Part shown: positions 8,234 through 17,154 of the stretch, one piece after another
Position numbering within the stretch: position 1 is the first letter of the stretch
Layout of the letters: each line of letters opens with the position of its first letter
Assembly: GCA_016927185.1 (NCBI GenBank)
Contig: JAFGND010000108.1
Span: forward strand, 1 to 39,735
Direction: 5' to 3'
DNA length: 39,735 nt
DNA from: Candidatus Coatesbacteria bacterium
GTDB taxonomy: Bacteria > JAFGND01
Notes under the pieces: generated by a model
Told to the model about the DNA's origin: nothing
The model's input: the letters and a program-made list of their open reading frames with translations, nothing else
The model's database searches: none
Translations under genes and position numbers: made by a program

Positions 8234-10990
8234 TTAAAAATCATTAGATTGGGATTCTGTAATGATATCAAATGCTTCAAGAACATCACCTTCCTTGATA
8301 TCATTATAATCTTCTATGGATATCCCGCATTCAAATCCTTTTGCTATTTCTGATACATCGTCTTTCACATGCCTAAGAGAGCGCATCTTTCCAGTATAAA
8401 TAACCTTGCCATCCCTTATTATTCTTAATCTGTCTTTTCTCAATACTTTTCCATCAACAACAAAGCATCCTGCAATAGAGCCAATTCTTCCAATCCTGAA
8501 AATTGCCCTGACTTCTGCTCTTCCGTGTATTTCTTCCCTTTCTGATACTTCCAGCCTTCCTGACAGAGCTCTTTCCAGATTTTCAAGAAGCTCATATATT
8601 ATTGTATATAAGCGAATATCTACTTTTTCTGTTTCTGCCATTTTAGCTATTTTACCTGAAGGTCTTATATTATATCCAATAATAATTGCATTACTGCTTT
8701 TGGCAAGAAGCACATCACTTTCAGAAATTGGACCGACTGCTCTGTGAATAAACTGTATTCTCTCCTCTTTATCCAGCTTAAAAATAGCATCACTCAATGC
8801 TTCAAGGGAGCCCTGAACATCAACTTTCAATATTATATTGAATTTCTCTTTCTCATCTTCCAGAAGCTTATCGTAGATATTTTCCATTGTAATGGAATCT
8901 TCGAATATGGTTAATTCTCTCTTCCTGACTGCAATTTTCCTCTCTTCCGCTATCCTATGGGCTTCTCTCTTGTCTTCAATAACCTCCAGATTATCTCCAA
9001 CTTTAGGCATTCCATTAGTTCCAATAACAGCTACAGGAACAGATGGGGTTGCAGATTTGATTTGATTACCCTTATCATCAAGCATTGATCTTATAGTTCC
9101 ATCATGAACTCCAACAATATAATTCTGTCCAATCTTCATTACTCCAGCTTTTACCAATACTGTGATTATTACGCCAACACCTTTGTCAATCTTGGCTTCA
9201 AGAACAGTACCATATGGTGATGAGTTCTTTGGTGATTTCAATTCCAACATCTCAGATAACAAGAGAATTCTTTCCAGTAAATCATTTATTCCTGATCCTG
9301 TTTTGGCTGATACTTCGACAGCTATTACATCTCCCCCATATTCCTCAAGTAATACTCCATACTGAGAGATATCCATTTTTATCTTCTGAGGATTTGCAGT
9401 TGGTAAATCGCATTTGTTGATAGCAACTATTACAGGAACATTTGCCGCTTTTGCATGATTTATAGCTTCAATTGTCTGAGGCATCACCCTTTCATCTGAA
9501 GCAATAACCAGAACAACAATATCAGTTACCTGTGCACCTCTTGCTCTCATGGCAGTAAAAGCTTCATGACCCGGAGTGTCTATGAATGTTATTGATCTTT
9601 TATCGGGCATGGAAACAATATATGCTCCTATATGCTGAGTAATTCCTCCTGCTTCTGTAGCAACTACATTTGCTTTTCTTATGAAGTCTAGAATAGAGGT
9701 TTTCCCATGGTCAACATGTCCCATTACTGTTACAACAGGTGGTCTGATCTCGTATTCAACCTTCTCTTCTGTTTCATTCTTTTTCACTATTTCTATATCA
9801 GTTTCAAATTCATCACCAAGCATAACTATAGTATCATAATCAAGCGGTTGATTGAGAGAAACTGATATTCCCATTTCATCAAGCTTTTGCATTAATTGTT
9901 CTGGCTTCACTTCAAGAAGTCCAGACAAGTCCTTTGCAGACATAAAAGTTTCTACTAATGCTTGCTTTCTTGACGTTTCCTGATCTTCACCCTCCTGTAA
10001 CTCCTCTTTAGGTTTTCTCTTTTTCTTGTATCTAAATCTTTCTATACCAAAACCTGATATCTCAGCAAGAGTACGTTTTACTGAGTCTTCAACAGTTTGA
10101 TGATCAATCTTGATTTTCTTTTTCTTTTTTCTTCTTAAACCTGTAGTTCCTCTTCTTGATTCGTCTTCTTCATCCGAATCTGCAACATCAGTTTCAGCTA
10201 CTTCTGGTACTACGGGAGTTGTTTCACTAAGTTTTGCAATTGTTTCTGCAGTCTTTTCTTTGTCTTCTATTTTCTCTTCAACCTGTACTACTTCGTTTAT
10301 CTTCTCTTCAGATATGTATGATGTTGTGATCAAAGGTTTTGCTGTAACTTCTTCAGCAGGGATACTGAAACTTGCAGTAGCTTCTTCATCAGGCTTAGGT
10401 AAAGAAACACTTTTATATTTTCTTTCCTTTTTCTGAATCTCCTGAGTTACCGTGATAACCTCAGATTTTTCCGTCTTGATTTCATGAGAAGTAACTGATG
10501 GATGGACAGTTTTTTCTTTCACAGCAGTATCAGCTTGCAGATTTTCTTCCTTCTTCTTCTCTATAGTAACTGCTTTCTCTGCTTTAAGCTTTGTATCCTT
10601 TTCTCTTGTCGCTACTGCTTCTTCTTTTGATTCTTCAAGTTCCTTTTTAACTACTTTCTTTTGAACTTTCTTTTCTATTTCCTTTTTCTCAGAAGTTTCT
10701 TTTGTTGCAGGTGAAGTTTCCTTGCTTTTTCCTTTTAAAGTCTTTGTTTTCTTTTCTTCCTTCTTCTTCTCAGGCTCAGCCTTTACAACAGGTCCTTTAT
10801 TCTCCATCTCCCACCAGCGATCAAAATATGCAGCCTCTTCAAGAGTAAGTGCACTCATATAAGACTTGATATCAAGGAGACCAGATTCTTTGATGTATGC
10901 AAGACACTCTGCACTGCTTAAGCTATATTTTCGAGCAATTTCATATACTCTCACTTTATCATCTTTTGGATTATCTTTTGATGCTTTCAA
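8234..10990 (-). CDS. infB: Translation initiation factor IF-2
   Basis: N-terminal KVRVYEIAR, RPPVVTVMGHVDHGKT, DTPGHEAFTAMRARGA, NKCD and C-terminal GFECGI. The TTG start overlaps the nusA stop. Confidence 0.98.
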   Translation of the reverse strand: MKASKDNPKDDKVRVYEIARKYSLSSAECLAYIKESGLLDIKSYMSALTLEEAAYFDRWWEMENKGPVVKAEPEKKKEEKKTKTLKGKSKETSPATKETSEKKEIEKKVQKKVVKKELEESKEEAVATREKDTKLKAEKAVTIEKKKEENLQADTAVKEKTVHPSVTSHEIKTEKSEVITVTQEIQKKERKYKSVSLPKPDEEATASFSIPAEEVTAKPLITTSYISEEKINEVVQVEEKIEDKEKTAETIAKLSETTPVVPEVAETDVADSDEEDESRRGTTGLRRKKKKKIKIDHQTVEDSVKRTLAEISGFGIERFRYKKKRKPKEELQEGEDQETSRKQALVETFMSAKDLSGLLEVKPEQLMQKLDEMGISVSLNQPLDYDTIVMLGDEFETDIEIVKKNETEEKVEYEIRPPVVTVMGHVDHGKTSILDFIRKANVVATEAGGITQHIGAYIVSMPDKRSITFIDTPGHEAFTAMRARGAQVTDIVVLVIASDERVMPQTIEAINHAKAANVPVIVAINKCDLPTANPQKIKMDISQYGVLLEEYGGDVIAVEVSAKTGSGINDLLERILLLSEMLELKSPKNSSPYGTVLEAKIDKGVGVIITVLVKAGVMKIGQNYIVGVHDGTIRSMLDDKGNQIKSATPSVPVAVIGTNGMPKVGDNLEVIEDKREAHRIAEERKIAVRKRELTIFEDSITMENIYDKLLEDEKEKFNIILKVDVQGSLEALSDAIFKLDKEERIQFIHRAVGPISESDVLLAKSSNAIIIGYNIRPSGKIAKMAETEKVDIRLYTIIYELLENLERALSGRLEVSEREEIHGRAEVRAIFRIGRIGSIAGCFVVDGKVLRKDRLRIIRDGKVIYTGKMRSLRHVKDDVSEIAKGFECGISIEDYNDIKEGDVLEAFDIITESQSNDF

Positions 10991-12051
10991 ATCTCCTCCG
11001 CTTTCTGGGAATCTGAATTCAAGGATTCACTCTCTGTAATAATATTAATATTCCATCCTGTTAGTCTTGCAACCAGTGATGCATTGCTTCCATTTATTCC
11101 AATTGCTTTTGAATGGTCTTCATCTCTTACTATAACTTTGGCGCCATGATTAACCTCATCAAGAATCACATCCATAGTTTTAACATTCTTCATTGCTTCA
11201 CGAATATAAGTTGCTGGATCATCATTATAGTGTACTACCTGAATCTTCTCTCCACCTAATTCTCTCTTGATATTTTCCACCCTGAAACCTCTTATCCCTA
11301 CACATGCTCCAACTGCTTCTATCTTAGGATCAAACGAAACAACACTTACAATTGCTCCTTTTCCTGGATCTCTCACTACCTTTTTTATTTCAACTATTCC
11401 TTCATATATTTCATTAACTTCAAGTTCAAATAATCTTTTCAGAAAATCGGGATGTGTCCTTGAAAGTATTATCTGGTGTCCTTTCCCTCCCTGATTAACC
11501 TCCATTATCAAAGCTTTTATATTATCTCCCCTTTTAAATCTTTGCATTGGAATTTGCTCTTCTATAGGCAGGAAAGCTTCTTCCTTGCCAAGTCTTATTA
11601 GCATATTCCCTCTTTCGAATTGCTGAATTACTCCAGTCACTAAATCCCCGACTTTTTTGGAAAAATCCTCAAATATCCTGTTTCTTGACATGTCATTTAT
11701 GCATTGAAGAATTATCTGTCTTGCTGTCTGAATTGCTCCTCTTCCAAGGCTTTCCAGTGAAAACTCGACCTTTATCTGGTCTCCAAGCATTACTTTAGGA
11801 TCTTCTCTTAAAGCATCTCTTACTGATATCTCAGATAATTCATCTTGAACATTCCTTACAACTGTCATTATCTTATATACCTTAATCTCCTGCTCTTTTC
11901 TGTCTATCTCAACTTCTATGTTATCTGCTCCATCCATATGCTTTGTTACTGCTACAAAAATTCCATTTTTCAATACTTCCATCAAGTCATCGGAGGATAG
12001 ACCTTTTGATTGAGCCAGTTCCGATAAAGCCTTTATTATTTCCGAACTCAT
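10987..12051 (-). CDS. nusA: Transcription termination/antitermination factor NusA
   Basis: LGRGAIQTARQII, an S1 domain, LSRTHPDFLKRLFELEV, KH domains (VGACVGIRG, AIGINGSN) and an AGGAGG Shine-Dalgarno. It lies between rimP and infB. Confidence 0.97.
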   Translation of the reverse strand: MSSEIIKALSELAQSKGLSSDDLMEVLKNGIFVAVTKHMDGADNIEVEIDRKEQEIKVYKIMTVVRNVQDELSEISVRDALREDPKVMLGDQIKVEFSLESLGRGAIQTARQIILQCINDMSRNRIFEDFSKKVGDLVTGVIQQFERGNMLIRLGKEEAFLPIEEQIPMQRFKRGDNIKALIMEVNQGGKGHQIILSRTHPDFLKRLFELEVNEIYEGIVEIKKVVRDPGKGAIVSVVSFDPKIEAVGACVGIRGFRVENIKRELGGEKIQVVHYNDDPATYIREAMKNVKTMDVILDEVNHGAKVIVRDEDHSKAIGINGSNASLVARLTGWNINIITESESLNSDSQKAEEI

Positions 12052-12062
12052 CTTGCATCCTC

Positions 12063-12518
12063 CTATTTCAATCCTGAATTCAAGTTAATTCTTGCAGTAT
12101 CATTCAAATCAATAACCTGCTTTTCAGAATTAAATTCTATGATAATTTCCCCATCTTTGGAATCCAGCAATTTGCCTTCCATCACTTTTCCATTCTTTAA
12201 CACTATTCTTAATTCCTTGTTTACAAAGAATTTCCTTTCTCTTTCAGTCTTTATCTCCCTGTCAACACCTGGTGAAGAGACTTCCAAATCCCAATTTCTG
12301 GATTCCTCGAATTCAACCTCTATTGCATCTCTCAGGAACCTACTTAAATAGCTTAAATCTTTGATAGTAATATTACCATCATTCCTTTCAAAATAAAGAC
12401 ATAATGTCTTGTTTTTCATCCCAACAAGCTCAGCTGCAAGCAAAAAATAGCCCATTTTTGACACAATGGGCTCCAAATGCTCTATAATCTTCTGTTGCAA
12501 TAATGTAGGTGGTCCCAT
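12063..12518 (-). CDS. rimP: Ribosome maturation factor RimP
   Basis: LEVSSPGVDR motif, about 150 aa, and the conserved position upstream of nusA. Confidence 0.93.
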   Translation of the reverse strand: MGPPTLLQQKIIEHLEPIVSKMGYFLLAAELVGMKNKTLCLYFERNDGNITIKDLSYLSRFLRDAIEVEFEESRNWDLEVSSPGVDREIKTERERKFFVNKELRIVLKNGKVMEGKLLDSKDGEIIIEFNSEKQVIDLNDTARINLNSGLK

Positions 12519-12672
12519 ATACTTCTGTCATAGTGCGAAAAACAAAGTATATAGGTCAAGCGAAATATAGGAGAAAAAAGACTATTAGAAGGTTGCTTTT
12601 TTATTCTTTGCTAATGCTCCTGAAAATGAATTTTAATTATTTAGTAACCTTTAGTTGAATCTTTTTTCAAGA

Positions 12673-13770
12673 TCACCAATTCAATTTTCTGTTTTTTTCT
12701 TTAATATTTATTACTGGAATAATCTCTTTTGTGATTAAATCATAGCCATATGAAGATGGATGAACCTCATCGTAAGGATAATTGTGATAAAACTTCTTGG
12801 GATCCTCTTTCTCTGCAAGTTCATGGATTTTTATAACCTTTGCATTATATTTCTTTCCAACTTCCAACAGCATCCTGTTATATACTGGAATTGGCATGTT
12901 TTCTTTCTCTTTCTTCTGTTTCTCCTCTTCATTCTTTATAAACCTGGGTTTTATAAAATCACCTTGCCTTGTAAGAATAATAGGTATAGCATTTGCTTCA
13001 AGTGTCTTCCTGACAATATATGAAATATTATCCCTTGATTCATTCAAGGATACCCTGCCTGGATTCTTTTTGATCCATGGATCATAATAATCATAATAAT
13101 TGCTTGTTAGCTTGCTTACTCTTTTCCTGTATTGCATATCCTGTATCAAAGCAAAGATATAACTCAAGCGGAATATTGTCATTCTCTTCCAGAAATTTAT
13201 ATCATCCTGATATATCTCTGAGTCAGCCTTATTGACTCTTGGAAGTACATCATTTGTACCGACATATATGATTACATAATGAGGCTTGACTTTTGGTGCC
13301 CAGTCATCAAATACCTGTCTTATCTGGAATGAACTGTATCCTGGAACTCCTCCCTGGAAAATATATGGATTCTCTTCCTTGAAATGAGCAACTATCTTGT
13401 CAGCTATATTATCAACTTCTATGTTCCAGCCGAATACACATGAATCTCCCAAAAACATTATCCGAAGTCTTTTTTCAATATCGTCAGGTTTCCAGTCTTC
13501 TCCCCTGAAACCTATATTATTTATTTTTATCTCTTTCTTTATAACTGGGTTATTAACTCCCATTGTAGTGTTGGGTTCAAATATCCAGAAGTATTTATGA
13601 TGAATAGTATAGGTTTTCTCTGAGTTCCATTCTGGATTGACGAATTGCCTTACAAAAGGAGTTGTCTTGGGAATATAGAAAATTCTTAATAAAACCTCTA
13701 TGAGTATTAATAATACTATCACTGGAATTAAAGAGAAAACAGTTTTCTTAAAAAGAGGTTTCATATTCAA
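12673..13770 (-). CDS. Membrane-anchored SGNH/GDSL hydrolase
   Basis: N-terminal TM ending EVLLR, INNIGFRG, block I FLGDSCVFG, GVPGYSS, block III GTND and block V DEVHPS. Confidence 0.88.
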   Translation of the reverse strand: MNMKPLFKKTVFSLIPVIVLLILIEVLLRIFYIPKTTPFVRQFVNPEWNSEKTYTIHHKYFWIFEPNTTMGVNNPVIKKEIKINNIGFRGEDWKPDDIEKRLRIMFLGDSCVFGWNIEVDNIADKIVAHFKEENPYIFQGGVPGYSSFQIRQVFDDWAPKVKPHYVIIYVGTNDVLPRVNKADSEIYQDDINFWKRMTIFRLSYIFALIQDMQYRKRVSKLTSNYYDYYDPWIKKNPGRVSLNESRDNISYIVRKTLEANAIPIILTRQGDFIKPRFIKNEEEKQKKEKENMPIPVYNRMLLEVGKKYNAKVIKIHELAEKEDPKKFYHNYPYDEVHPSSYGYDLITKEIIPVINIKEKNRKLNW

Positions 13771-13976
13771 TATCCATGAATTTTCAACTATCGTTACTAA
13801 ACTGGGAAGTTACTTATGTTTGTCAATAAAAAATATGTATAATTTGATAATCTTCATTAATATCTTACTATTGATTCTTTACAGTTAGTTTACAAATTGA
13901 TTTCTTTTTAATTTTTTAACCTTTTTCATGAGAGAATTCTCTTGACATATGTTTAATATACTGAATTTCTACTTTC

Positions 13977-14315
13977 ATGAAACGCTTGCTTGTAATTTCG
14001 TTTTTTTTTCTGATATCTGGTTGCTCATTTGATAACAACAGTGAAACCCGTTCACAGGTCTGGCTGAAACTGAATAATGAGAGAGAAGAAGATGTAATAA
14101 TTAAAAGCAAAACATTCGATGAATCAGATAATTATGAAAGATTTGACGGAATTATCCCCCCCGGTCAAGAAACAACAATTTCATGCTTTATTTATAAAGA
14201 CCTCGAAATAGAATCATACATTTACAGAAAAGGAGCTTTCATCAAGATTAAAGATTATCACTTTGACATCAATGAATTCAAGGAAAACAACGACACAATC
14301 TTGATTGAATTATAA
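13977..14315 (+). CDS. Hypothetical lipoprotein
   Basis: MKRLLVISFFFLISGC gives a signal peptide with a lipobox. Its stop overlaps the next start (TAATG). Confidence 0.7.
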   Translation: MKRLLVISFFFLISGCSFDNNSETRSQVWLKLNNEREEDVIIKSKTFDESDNYERFDGIIPPGQETTISCFIYKDLEIESYIYRKGAFIKIKDYHFDINEFKENNDTILIEL

Positions 14316-14986
14316 TGAATCTCCTGTTATTAATTATTTTCTCTATCAGCATTAATACAAGTATTGATAATTATTTCATAGATATGAAATTTGTAACCCT
14401 GGTTTCAGGAGATGAAGACATAAGGAATATTCCATATACATATTACACTGATCAAGAAAGCAATGAAAATGCTTTCCCTTTGTTTTTGCAAAAGGAAATG
14501 GGAGTGTTTGTTTCAAAATCAGTTCATGAAGCGCAGACAGTCTTGACAAGCAGGAGCACTAAACGTTCCATATATATAACAAGTGGATTGGGAACTAAAT
14601 TCTCTTTTTACAAATATTACAGGACTTATCATCTTAAATACTTCAATACTGACAAGGAAAGAATATTCAAGGATCATGTTAAAATTATGAAAGTTTTTCC
14701 TCATGCAGGCATTCAAGTAAAAGGTATCAATTTTGTAATTGACAAAAAAGAGAATTCATTAATTGGAAGTGGCTCTTTAACGAATAACTTTGATGCGGGA
14801 GTTTACATTGGTCTTGTTTACAAAAAACAGGATTGTGATTCAGAATCACTTGAGAAAATCAGTCAGAAAAAGCTTTATCCTGCAATACTTCTATCAAGTG
14901 GTTTTGGGATCTTGAATGGAGAACTTATGTTGGGAAAAGATATAAATTATGCTGTTTCTTTGAAGTTAACATTAGGACCGTTGTAA
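14315..14986 (+). CDS. Hypothetical exported protein, possibly with outer-membrane beta strands
   Basis: Hydrophobic N-terminus and amphipathic C-terminal strands (YAVSLKLTLG). It is coupled by TAATG overlaps on both sides. Confidence 0.6.
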   Translation: MNLLLLIIFSISINTSIDNYFIDMKFVTLVSGDEDIRNIPYTYYTDQESNENAFPLFLQKEMGVFVSKSVHEAQTVLTSRSTKRSIYITSGLGTKFSFYKYYRTYHLKYFNTDKERIFKDHVKIMKVFPHAGIQVKGINFVIDKKENSLIGSGSLTNNFDAGVYIGLVYKKQDCDSESLEKISQKKLYPAILLSSGFGILNGELMLGKDINYAVSLKLTLGPL

Positions 14987-16200
14987 TGAATAAAGTTTTT
15001 TATAGAACACTTGAGGGGATTGAAGAATCACCTCAGAATTTTACTGTCAAAAGCATTAAAAAGATAAAAGAGGAACTTTACATGTTGCTTGAAGGCAGTT
15101 TCTTCAAGAAAAATAACCTCAATAGCAAGAAAATACTCCTGAAACCAAATCTAGTAAGACCATTTATAGACAAGCTCCCTGCAGTTTGTACAGATCCAAG
15201 ACTCATAATAGCATTGTCAGAGTTGCTCATTGACTGCGGTGCCAGAATAAAGTTGGGAGACAATCCGGGATTCGGTTTATCTTGCAGACAAGCATATTCT
15301 GATAGCAGAACTGAACCTTATCTCAAAAAAACGGGAGTAGAATTCTGCTTTTTTGATGAAGAAGAATTCATCCAGAAAAAGCCAGACAATCCACTCATAT
15401 TCAAGGAAATCTATATTGCAAAAGAAGCTCTTGAGAATGATATTATAATAAACATTCCCAAAATGAAAACCCATATATTGACTATGGTGTCGCTTGGAAT
15501 AAAGAATCTACTTGGTTTGATACCTGACAGGCAACGTCTTCTTTTCCACAGGACTGACATAAATGCTAAAATTACCGATATTCTGCAGGTTGTTAAACCA
15601 TCATTGACTATAGTTGATGGAATTCTGGCAATGGAGGGTCAATCACCATTGCATGGAATTATCAGGGATGATCTGCCAATGATATTGTCTGGAGAAGATG
15701 TCGTTGCTGTAGATGCAATTACATCATATCTGATGGGTTTTGAACCTTATGAACTGACTTTCCTTTGCCTTGCCAGCAGACTAGGATTAGGAGAAAATGA
15801 TATATCAAGAATTACAATAATTGGTGAATCAATAGAAGAAAGAAGAAGATTTTTCAAAAGAGCTGTACTATCAAGCTCAGGCAGATTTCAGAAAATAAAT
15901 GTTGTGGAAATGGGAGCCTGTCAGGGCTGCCTTTCTGCATTAAGGCATGCCTTAGACAGGCTTGAATTCGAAAACCATCTGCAAAATATACCAATGCAGA
16001 CTGTTTATACAGGAATTCCGATGCCGGGGCATTATCCAGGGATTAGCGGAGACAATGTCTGGTGCTTTGGTAATTGCTCACACTCTCTGGTGTTCAATCA
16101 TGATAGTACTGAACCAATAAAGGCAAAATTCATACCAGGATGTGCCCCTCATATTTTTGATTTTTACAGGGCTATAAAAGAATCATTTCCTGTCAGCTGA
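14986..16200 (+). CDS. DUF362 domain protein with a C-terminal Cys-rich (Fe-S) domain
   Basis: KILLKPNL, TDP, IINIPKMKTH, LGIKNLLG, IVDGILAMEG and DVVAVD, then C-terminal CQGC, FGNC and PGCAP. Confidence 0.88.
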   Translation: MNKVFYRTLEGIEESPQNFTVKSIKKIKEELYMLLEGSFFKKNNLNSKKILLKPNLVRPFIDKLPAVCTDPRLIIALSELLIDCGARIKLGDNPGFGLSCRQAYSDSRTEPYLKKTGVEFCFFDEEEFIQKKPDNPLIFKEIYIAKEALENDIIINIPKMKTHILTMVSLGIKNLLGLIPDRQRLLFHRTDINAKITDILQVVKPSLTIVDGILAMEGQSPLHGIIRDDLPMILSGEDVVAVDAITSYLMGFEPYELTFLCLASRLGLGENDISRITIIGESIEERRRFFKRAVLSSSGRFQKINVVEMGACQGCLSALRHALDRLEFENHLQNIPMQTVYTGIPMPGHYPGISGDNVWCFGNCSHSLVFNHDSTEPIKAKFIPGCAPHIFDFYRAIKESFPVS

Positions 16201-16983
16201 ACGCAAACCAGGAGATACTTGAAGTTTGGGAAACTCTAACAAGCGCCCTCTATGCTTTATTTCATCACTTCTTTCTTGTGCAGGCTTTTCCCTTGATTCT
16301 CTCTTGTTTTCAGCTTTCCTTTTTAGAATATTAAGTCTATCTGGCTTTTTCCAGAACATGTCAGTTAATGTAACTTTTGTTCCGCTTTTTAGCGTTAATT
16401 CCAGTTTATATATTTCCTTTCGTCCATCCCTTATCAGAGTGTAATCATCAATCTTGTTGTCTTTCACAAATTCCAGCAATCCTTTTATATCGCCAAAATC
16501 CGATAACTCATTAAGATCAGAAGATAGTTGTGGAGGAAAATTCCCATAGTGTCTTGCATGATCAAACATCATTTTCTTTAAAGCTGCATAATCAAAACTG
16601 TCCTGGTTTTTGATACCAATTTCTCCGCTATCTTGAATTCCTTCCTTGATCATCACATCTTCTGTCGCTTTCTCTTCTTTAACGAAAAAATACGTTATTG
16701 CTTTGTACATTATTCCTGAAAAAATAAAAGCAGCTATTATTATAAACCATGTCTGCTTGAATAATGTCTTATAGTAAGGAATTGAATGATCTACTTCAAC
16801 AGGTTCTGTTTCATAAATTATGTCTTCAGAATCAATATGCTTGAATTCTTCATTCACTTCTTTCAAATTTCTGAAAAGTCCTTCAGATATTTCCCTTGTG
16901 CAATAAAGGCATCTTCCTGGACCTTCCAGATAAATAATCCTGTTGCAATTAGGGCAATTGACTTTCTTTCCCTTGTTATCCAT
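16183..16983 (-). CDS. Hypothetical membrane protein with an N-terminal zinc ribbon
   Basis: CPNC...CLYC followed by one TM helix (WFIIIAAFIFSGIMY). I prefer the ATG at 16983 to the ORF-track start at 17046 because a TTGACA lies at 17020-17025 on the minus strand. Confidence 0.65.
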   Translation of the reverse strand: MDNKGKKVNCPNCNRIIYLEGPGRCLYCTREISEGLFRNLKEVNEEFKHIDSEDIIYETEPVEVDHSIPYYKTLFKQTWFIIIAAFIFSGIMYKAITYFFVKEEKATEDVMIKEGIQDSGEIGIKNQDSFDYAALKKMMFDHARHYGNFPPQLSSDLNELSDFGDIKGLLEFVKDNKIDDYTLIRDGRKEIYKLELTLKSGTKVTLTDMFWKKPDRLNILKRKAENKRESREKPAQERSDEIKHRGRLLEFPKLQVSPGLRSADRK

Positions 16984-17154
16984 TTTAATCAATGAATAAC
17001 AAAATATATTTAAATGTAATGTCAAGATATAAAATATTGGCAACATAATCTAGCCCAAAACAGAAAAAACGAATATCTGAATTTAAATAGACTTGACACT
17101 CCATTCAAGTATAAGCTTTTGCACTTGTAATGTTTATATAAGAAAAGGATAAAA

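Noticed and set aside
10110..10800. Repeat element in the low-complexity purine-rich part of infB
   Set aside because: It encodes the ordinary Lys/Glu-rich variable N-terminal linker of IF-2 and has no discrete repeat unit.
17038..17056. Sigma-54 promoter at TGGCAAC (a similar TGGCAAG lies at 26101)
   Set aside because: Neither site has the GC at the required GG-N10-GC spacing.
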